Shown piece by piece: positions 57,674 to 64,000 of a stretch of 64,000 nt of DNA. The stretch's first letter is position 1, and every line of letters begins with the position of its first letter. The DNA is from Candidatus Fermentithermobacillaceae bacterium (lineage in GTDB: Bacteria; Bacillota; Sulfobacillia; Fermentithermobacillales; DUSS01). Position numbers and translations under genes: made by a program. The stretch spans positions 68,571-132,570 of the forward strand of contig JADBKE010000007.1 of the NCBI GenBank assembly GCA_014896535.1. Reading direction: 5' to 3'. Below the pieces are notes generated by a model. That model was given only the letters and a program-made list of their open reading frames with translations, had not been told where the DNA came from and ran no database searches.

Positions 57674-60600
57674 CTATACAGCTTCCAGTCTTATCCCCAG
57701 GACTTTCGATACTCCCGGTTCGTCCATGGTGACTCCATACACCACGTCCGCCACCTCGATGGTGGGTTTCTGGTGAGTGATGACCAGGAACTGGGTATCC
57801 CTGGAAAGACGTCTCACAAATTCGCCGAACCTGAGTACGTTCGCCTCGTCCAGGGCGGTATCAACCTCGTCCAGGACCACGAAGGGCGAAGGCCTGGTTT
57901 TGATCAGGGAAAATATGAGGGCAAGTCCGGTCAAAGAGCGCTCGCCGCCGGACAGAAGCATAAACGACCTTCCCCGTGAGCCCGGAGGCTGGGCAATGAC
58001 CTCTATCCCCTTCTCATCATCGGTCAGGCGCAGGTCGCCTTTGCCGCCACCGAAGAGCTCCGCGAAAATCTCTCTGAAATTGGACCTCACCTCCTCGAAG
58101 GTCTCCCTGAACCTCCTCTCCATCTCCCGCTCGGCGAGCTCCTTTATCCGCAACAACTCTTCCTTGGTTTTGAGCGCCTGGTCTTTCTCCTTTAGGTACT
58201 CGGAGATGCGCCTGGAGAGTGCATCATACTCTTCCTCGGCCCTCAGGTTCGGCTGGCCAAGGGACCTGATTTCCGCGTCTATTCCCTCGATTATGGAGAG
58301 AGCCTCGTTCCGCGAGTAACGCCGGATGTGTCCGCTGGAATCGGGGTCAATTCCGTATTCCTTCCGGAGGACGACGGAAATCCGTTGCACTTCCTGCGTC
58401 TGGCTGGAGATCTCGGCTCTCATTTCCTCCATCCTGGACGAAGCTTCGGCAGCGTCCCTCTTTATGTGGTAAATCTCGTTCACGAGTTCCCCAAAAGCTC
58501 GCTCCTTTTCTTCAACGGACGAACGCATGGAGACGAGTTTCCCGTTGAGCTCCCGCACCCGGCGGTCGAGCTCGTCTATGGACGTCTGGAGGTCACCATG
58601 TTTTTTCACGAGATCTTCTTTCTCTTCGAGAAGACGGCAGAGTTCAGCTTGCTCTTCGGACAGCGTTCGCCTCACCGAGTTCATTTCGACCTCAATCGAT
58701 TCCAGCCTGCGGTTTAGGGCTGCGACCTCCGCCTCCAGGATTTCCCGCTCGCGGGTGAGTTTTTCCCACACGCTGGCCGTGGCCTCCTGGGCATCCTTCT
58801 CTCTGAGCTCCTCCTCGTACCGGCGAAGTTCCGTCCAGGCGCGGTCCAGCTCATTCTCCAAAACCGCCTCCTCGCTGGCGGATTCCCGGAAAAGGTTCTC
58901 CGCCCGGCTGAGAGCTTCTTTCTTCGCCGCAAGCTCCTCTGTGAGTCGCCGGACCTTTTCCTCTTCGTCCGCCACAACCCTCGATAGCCGGGCGATCTCA
59001 TCGGTCAGGGCAGTCAGCTTAGCCTCGGCTGCCTGGATCTGAGCCTTGTGCGAGTCGCGCTCCTGGAGAGCTTTGGCCCTCATCGCCTCCAGTTCCCCTG
59101 CGCGCCGCGCCCACGCTTCGAGAGCCGCCGCAAGGCGCCTTTCCTCTTCCCTTAAGGAAAGAAGTTCCTGCTTTCTTTCGAAAACCTGGGCGTGCCGGGG
59201 CGCGTCCCCTCCGGAAATGCTTCCGCCCGGCTCGAGGCTTTCGCCGCTGAGCGTCACCACGCGGCACGACCAGCCGGCCTTCCGCATGAATTCCAGCCCT
59301 GTATCCATGTTTTCCGCCAGCACCACGCGACCGACCAGGTACTTCACCGCCTTCTCGATTTCCCGCGGGTACGAGATCACGTCCATGAGGGGCCGCACGC
59401 CCCTCACCTGCACCGAAGCTCTCCTCGCTTCTTCCGGGAGGTCCCTGGGTCTCAAGAGGTCCAGTGGAAGGAAGGTAACCCGCCCGGCCTTTTCTTTTCT
59501 CAAGAGTTCGATAGCTCGGCGAGCAGCCATCTCATCTTCCACCACCACGTTTTCGACGCTGCCACCCAGGGCGGCGGCAAGGGCCGGAATGTACTCCTTA
59601 TCGCAGGATAAAAGTTCTGCAACCGCGCCGACAATGCCCCTGAGGACACCCCGGGCCGCGGCATCCAAAACCGTCCTGGTCCCTTTACCCAGGCCTTCGT
59701 GAACTTTCTCGAGATCGGCGAGAATTCGCACTCTCGCCGAGACGCGGGACAGTTCCGCTCTGGTAGCCCTTTCCTTCTCGGACGCGTTTTTTACCTGTTC
59801 GGTCAGGTCCTCGACGGCTCGCGCACACCTTTCAAACTCCTCCCGCAGGGACCGAAGCTCCCCGGAAATCGCATCGACCTCGTCCTGAAGCTCTTGCTGT
59901 CGCGCTCTGGACATCTGGATGGACCTGGTTGCGCCCGATATCTCGGTTTCAAGGGATAACACCTGGGCTCTGAGACGCTCGACCTCGGCTCTGCGCGCAT
60001 CCCTTTTTTCCTGCGTTTCTCTGATCTTTTCCACCAGTGCCACCGTGTTTTGCCTGAGAGCTACGATTTTATCCCTGAGAGCGCCGGCTTCCCTCTCTCG
60101 AGCCTTCTTTTCCCGTTCTATCTTGTCTATTTGCTCCAGCAGCAAGTCGCGTTTGGGCAAAAGCTGGTCTCTTCTTTGAAGAACCTCCTCTTTTTCCCGG
60201 GCAAGCTTCTGCGCGCTTTCGGCCAGGGCCCTACACCTCGCAGTTCTCCCCTCGATTTCCCTACCGAGAGCTTCAACCATCCCACCGAGGCCGTCCCTTC
60301 GCCGTGTGAGCTCCACCAGGGTTCTGGATATCTTTTCCCGCTCGGCGGAGGTGACCTGCTCAATCTCCTTTGTTGATGAGATCTCCCGTTCCAGGCAAGC
60401 CCTGGATGATTCGAGTTCGCGCACCTTCGCTTCCGCCTCTTTCAGCGACGCCTCGGCGTCGGAAAGCTTCTTGGCCAGGTTTTGAAGTTTCCGTCTTGCG
60501 TGGTCCAGGTCCCACAGCCACGTTCCGGCTTCCAGTTCTCTTCTGGACGCCATGAGCTCCCTGTACCTTCTGGCAATGCGGCAGGCTTCTTCAAGCTCTG

Positions 60601-61186
60601 CCCGCCTGGCCTCCAGTTCAACAAGCAGATCGTCGAGGCGCGTCAGCTCCACATCGATTTGCTCGAGTCTCCTCTCGGTCTCTCGCTTTTCCATCCGGAA
60701 CGCCGCAACCCCGGCCGCTTCTTCGACCCACTGCCGTCTATCTTCCGCGTGACCCCCCGCCAGCTCGTGGATAACCCCCTGCCCGATCACCATGTATCCG
60801 GAGTAAGAAAGTCCCATTGCGCCGGTGGCCTTGATGATGTCACGCCATCGGCAGGGTACGCCATTCATCTCGTATGAAGACTCGCCGTCTCTTGTAAGTC
60901 TCCTCGTGATTTCCAGCTCCGAGCCGTCGGGGGTTTCCATGAGAAGCTTGACTTCCGCCATACCCATGGCCTTCTTGCGCTCGGTCCCGGAGAAGATCAC
61001 GTCCTGAGAAGAATCGCATCTCAACACCTTGGGGTTTTGCTCCCCCAGGACCCAGCGAAGCGCATCTACGAGGTTGGATTTGCCACAGCCGTTGGGTCCC
61101 ACAATGGCGGTAACCCCGGGACTCAGCGACAGGCTGGTCCTGTGATAAAACGATTTAAACCCGTGGAGGGTGAGGCTTTTCAGCAA
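57674..61186 (-). CDS. smc: Chromosome segregation protein SMC
   Basis: [14 protein letters not shown], coiled coils, hinge [20 protein letters not shown] and LDEVD. Confidence 0.97.
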   Translation of the reverse strand: MLKSLTLHGFKSFYHRTSLSLSPGVTAIVGPNGCGKSNLVDALRWVLGEQNPKVLRCDSSQDVIFSGTERKKAMGMAEVKLLMETPDGSELEITRRLTRDGESSYEMNGVPCRWRDIIKATGAMGLSYSGYMVIGQGVIHELAGGHAEDRRQWVEEAAGVAAFRMEKRETERRLEQIDVELTRLDDLLVELEARRAELEEACRIARRYRELMASRRELEAGTWLWDLDHARRKLQNLAKKLSDAEASLKEAEAKVRELESSRACLEREISSTKEIEQVTSAEREKISRTLVELTRRRDGLGGMVEALGREIEGRTARCRALAESAQKLAREKEEVLQRRDQLLPKRDLLLEQIDKIEREKKAREREAGALRDKIVALRQNTVALVEKIRETQEKRDARRAEVERLRAQVLSLETEISGATRSIQMSRARQQELQDEVDAISGELRSLREEFERCARAVEDLTEQVKNASEKERATRAELSRVSARVRILADLEKVHEGLGKGTRTVLDAAARGVLRGIVGAVAELLSCDKEYIPALAAALGGSVENVVVEDEMAARRAIELLRKEKAGRVTFLPLDLLRPRDLPEEARRASVQVRGVRPLMDVISYPREIEKAVKYLVGRVVLAENMDTGLEFMRKAGWSCRVVTLSGESLEPGGSISGGDAPRHAQVFERKQELLSLREEERRLAAALEAWARRAGELEAMRAKALQERDSHKAQIQAAEAKLTALTDEIARLSRVVADEEEKVRRLTEELAAKKEALSRAENLFRESASEEAVLENELDRAWTELRRYEEELREKDAQEATASVWEKLTREREILEAEVAALNRRLESIEVEMNSVRRTLSEEQAELCRLLEEKEDLVKKHGDLQTSIDELDRRVRELNGKLVSMRSSVEEKERAFGELVNEIYHIKRDAAEASSRMEEMRAEISSQTQEVQRISVVLRKEYGIDPDSSGHIRRYSRNEALSIIEGIDAEIRSLGQPNLRAEEEYDALSRRISEYLKEKDQALKTKEELLRIKELAEREMERRFRETFEEVRSNFREIFAELFGGGKGDLRLTDDEKGIEVIAQPPGSRGRSFMLLSGGERSLTGLALIFSLIKTRPSPFVVLDEVDTALDEANVLRFGEFVRRLSRDTQFLVITHQKPTIEVADVVYGVTMDEPGVSKVLGIRLEAV

Positions 61187-61376
61187 TCCGGTCTCTCCTC
61201 AAAGCTTAAACATTTACTGATTTAGGATACACGACACATGAACCAATTTGAAGAGTCGCGCGACGTTCGAATACCCCGCCCCGTTGCAGCACCCGGCGCT
61301 TGTACCATAATACCTGTAGTCGATTTACCCACATTATGTAAAGGTTCATTCGCCCGCTTCATCTAAGTCGTACATC

Positions 61377-62012
61377 ATGGACACGAACGCCAGAGACATC
61401 GATGAATACAAGGTCCTGCGAAAGATAGCTGCGCTCGTGATGGAAGATCCCAACATCACCGTGCGGGAGATCGCTCGGAAACTGGGTTATTCTGAGGAAA
61501 AGTCCGTTTATTACTGGCTTGAGAAGGCCAAATTCGCAGGAATCAAGGATTTCAAAAAGACCGTACTCACCGGGGCGCTTTCCCCCGGATTTCTTGCAAG
61601 CGACAGGGAACCGAAGCCGGCGGTCAAGGACGGGACGAGCCCCAGGGATACCCTGACCTTGCTGGACCTACCCGTTCGAGGACGTTTTCCCGTAAGAACG
61701 CCCGTGGACAAACCTTTATCTCACTACATACCGACTGACTTCGGTCCCGGGTCGTACCTGGTCCCCGCCACCGAAGACCTCCCGGCAGGCTCGGTACGGA
61801 AAGGCGACCTTCTCCTGGTCAACCCTTCGTCACCCATCCAGTCTGGGGACCTCGTAATGGCTGTGTCGGAGACGGGGGAACCGCGGGTCCTGCGGAGATA
61901 CGCGACCCCTCAGGGTGGTGAGGTGTTCGTGGACCTGGCGAAGCCGGGCAGCATTGTGTCACCTGCAACGGTAGCCGGCAAGATCGTCCTGCTCATCAGA
62001 ATCTCACCTTAG
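61377..62012 (+). CDS. Winged-HTH regulator with S24/LexA-like C-terminal fold
   Basis: ITVREIARKLGYSEEKSVYY HTH; C-terminal GDLLLVNP..GDLVMA..GKIV resembles an S24 domain. Confidence 0.7.
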   Translation: MDTNARDIDEYKVLRKIAALVMEDPNITVREIARKLGYSEEKSVYYWLEKAKFAGIKDFKKTVLTGALSPGFLASDREPKPAVKDGTSPRDTLTLLDLPVRGRFPVRTPVDKPLSHYIPTDFGPGSYLVPATEDLPAGSVRKGDLLLVNPSSPIQSGDLVMAVSETGEPRVLRRYATPQGGEVFVDLAKPGSIVSPATVAGKIVLLIRISP

Positions 62013-62202
62013 GCTTTTCGACCTGGCAGCACTGCTGCCAGCCCGGCACAGCAGGCGCGAGGAACGTCGCGGTACCCTCACCTCAGAGCGCTGACCACGG
62101 CAGCATCGCGGCACGGTGGGCGCAAACTTTCAGACCCTCGGTGCCGCACCGGTGCTGAGTTGACTGGCACGACGCATGACAGCCATTGCCGCTAAGCGAA
62201 GA

Positions 62203-62904
62203 TTACGGCACGTTGCCCGTCCGGTAGCGGGCCAGAGCTTCCTTCGCTGCGTTTTCCTCTGATTCTTTCTTGGAAGATCCCGTTGCCCGCGAGACCTCCT
62301 TGCCGTCGATGAACACGGCGGTTGTGAAGGTCGGCATATGGTCCGGCCCCTCCACGTTGACAACCCTGTACTCCAGTGTGGCACCCGGTCTGGCCTGAAC
62401 CATCTCTTGCAGAGCCGTCTTGGGGTCCTGTAAGGGCTCTCGAGGCTCTCCGCTCAATACCGTCTTCTCCACGAGTTCCCTGGCTTTATCCCAACCATGC
62501 TGAAGGAAGTAGGCCCCTATCACGGCTTCAAATGCGCCCGCGAGGTTTTTCGGTCTCTTCCTTCCGCCGGTCATTTCTTCTCCCCGGCCCAGGAGAAGAA
62601 GATCACCGAGACCGGCCCGGAGAGCAATAGCTGCCAGAGCCTGACCCGAGACCAGGCTCGCCCTCATTCGCGTAAGCTCGCCTTCGGGAGAGCTGGGGTA
62701 TTTCTTCAAGAGGTAATAGGCAACCGCCAGCGATACTACCGCATCTCCTAAAAACTCCAGTCTCTCGTTGGACGGGATCTTGCCTTCGCGTTCGTTGGCG
62801 TAAGATACGTGCGTCAGAGCTTCTGTCCTCAACTGCTCGCTGAGGGACCCCAGAGCTTCCATGAGGACACGGCTCATTTCCGAGGTCATTTTGTCGCCAG
62901 TCAC
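62203..62904 (-). CDS. rnc: Ribonuclease III
   Basis: ALTHVSY, NERLEFLGDAV, EAVIGA and dsRBD DPKTALQE..GPDH..SKKESE. Confidence 0.97.
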   Translation of the reverse strand: MTGDKMTSEMSRVLMEALGSLSEQLRTEALTHVSYANEREGKIPSNERLEFLGDAVVSLAVAYYLLKKYPSSPEGELTRMRASLVSGQALAAIALRAGLGDLLLLGRGEEMTGGRKRPKNLAGAFEAVIGAYFLQHGWDKARELVEKTVLSGEPREPLQDPKTALQEMVQARPGATLEYRVVNVEGPDHMPTFTTAVFIDGKEVSRATGSSKKESEENAAKEALARYRTGNVP

Positions 62905-63198
62905 CCGCTTCGGCCTCCAAGCGTCCGGAAATTTATCACACCCGCGTCCAGCGGAACTCTACGGTTTCCAGAGGGACCTCGTCAAGGCCGTACCGGGCCG
63001 TGGTCTGGTAGGCATCGCGGTCGCGATGAACGGCCTACGTCAAAGGCTGGTCACAGTGCGCCGGGGATTTCAGCCTCATCCACACCCACCGTAAGGAACA
63101 ACGGCGGAACCAGGCTATTTGAGGCAGGTACGGCAAGGTCTAGTAGCAGGCCTATAGCAGGCCCTCTGCCCTCTGGCCGGAAGGGACGGGCGGCCCGT

Positions 63199-63228
63199 TT
63201 GACATCCCGGTCGCAGCCCTTGTAGAAT
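63199..63228 (+). promoter_or_regulatory. SigA-like promoter (divergent from rnc, facing the fabF 3' end)
   Basis: TTGACA-18 nt-TAGAAT. Confidence 0.4.
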
Positions 63229-63489
63229 GGACCTGCCGTCTGCTCTTCATCTGGCCACAAGCAGGGGCGCAAAGCGCTTTGCCACCTTTGACCGGGATTT
63301 TGCTAAACAAGCTCGGAAAAGAGCGGGTCACGTCGAAGTGATCCTGCCTTGAGGCTCGTCCAAGACGGCTTCCGCATCGCCACCGGGTACGGTTAGCGAT
63401 GGTATTAAGGTTGACGCGGCCGACGTCAGCCCATACTTCTTTGAGACGGATGCCACCGCCGTGTTCGAGATCAGAAGTTCAAGCGCCTC

Positions 63490-64000
63490 CTACTCATATC
63501 GCGTCAACACGAGGCATGCGTTTTGCCCGCCGAAACCGAACGAGTTCTTCAGCGCCGCCCGCACCAGGGCCTTTCTTGCGCCCTCCACTACGTAATCCAG
63601 ATCGCATTCGGGATCCGGCTCTTCGTAGTTTATCGTCGGCGGGATCACGCCTTCGTAAAGCGCCATTATCGTCGCGATCGTCTCAACCGCTCCCGCAGCC
63701 CCCAAGAGGTGCCCGATCATGGATTTGGTAGACGAGACCGGAATCCGATAAGCCTTCTCCCCGAACACTTTCTTAATGGCTTGGGTCTCGTTGACGTCGT
63801 TGGCTGGCGTGCTCGTTCCGTGGGCGTTGATGTAATCGATATCGCCCGGGACGAGTCCTGCGTCGCGGATGGCCGCCAACATAGCTCGCGCGGCGCCTTC
63901 GCCGTTGGGTGATGGTGCTGTGATGTGGTAGGCGTCAGCGGACATTCCATATCCCGATACCAGGGCGTAAATCCTGGCACCTCGCGACAGGGCATGGTCC
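63490..64000 (-). CDS. fabF: Beta-ketoacyl-ACP synthase II (3' part; runs off the window)
   Basis: [31 protein letters not shown] and NSFGFGG. Confidence 0.96.
   Translation of the reverse strand, partial: DHALSRGARIYALVSGYGMSADAYHITAPSPNGEGAARAMLAAIRDAGLVPGDIDYINAHGTSTPANDVNETQAIKKVFGEKAYRIPVSSTKSMIGHLLGAAGAVETIATIMALYEGVIPPTINYEEPDPECDLDYVVEGARKALVRAALKNSFGFGGQNACLVLTRYE

Noticed and set aside
63250-63340. Possible c-di-GMP-I riboswitch (GGGGCGCAAAGC)
   Set aside because: The upstream GGCAAA element and GNRA-capped P2 stem are not present
1-64000. CRISPR array, tRNA/rRNA genes, prophage or integrase
   Set aside because: No regularly spaced repeats, cloverleaf or rRNA signatures, or phage/integrase motifs seen by eye; a scan could still find short elements

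Overview
64 kb of chromosome from a GC-rich Bacillota (Firmicutes)-type bacterium; the lineage is inferred from gene order and RBS style. Two housekeeping blocks lie on the minus strand. The first is polA-(truncated coaE) with ECF/anti-sigma pairs, aspS-hisS-MBL-dtd-relA-apt-recJ-lapA and SCIFF scfAB (about 7-24 kb). The second is fabF-rnc-smc-ftsY-ylxM-ffh-rpsP-khpA-ylqD-trmD-rplS-lepB-rbgA (about 49.5-64 kb). Between them is an accessory region (about 25-47 kb) with a GntR/TAXI-TRAP/amidohydrolase/LeuA-like operon, an orphan DNA methyltransferase, a GlmL-like ATPase module and many gene fragments. The most interesting feature is a second RiPP-like cluster at 39.5-45.2 kb. It has an unlisted 43-aa precursor (core WCGSGCGDGCGRGCGLECYN), a radical SAM/SPASM ORF and an ABC exporter, divergent from a small signal-peptide gene and an XRE-TPR regulator. 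The rSAM ORF lacks its CX3CX2C motif but is in frame with the peptide across a single TGA. That TGA falls exactly where the third Cys would be (CGLECYN-TGA), so it is either a recoded or nonsense fusion or, more parsimoniously, an internal deletion. No tRNA, rRNA or CRISPR array was seen. All calls come from reading motifs by eye; no searches were run.
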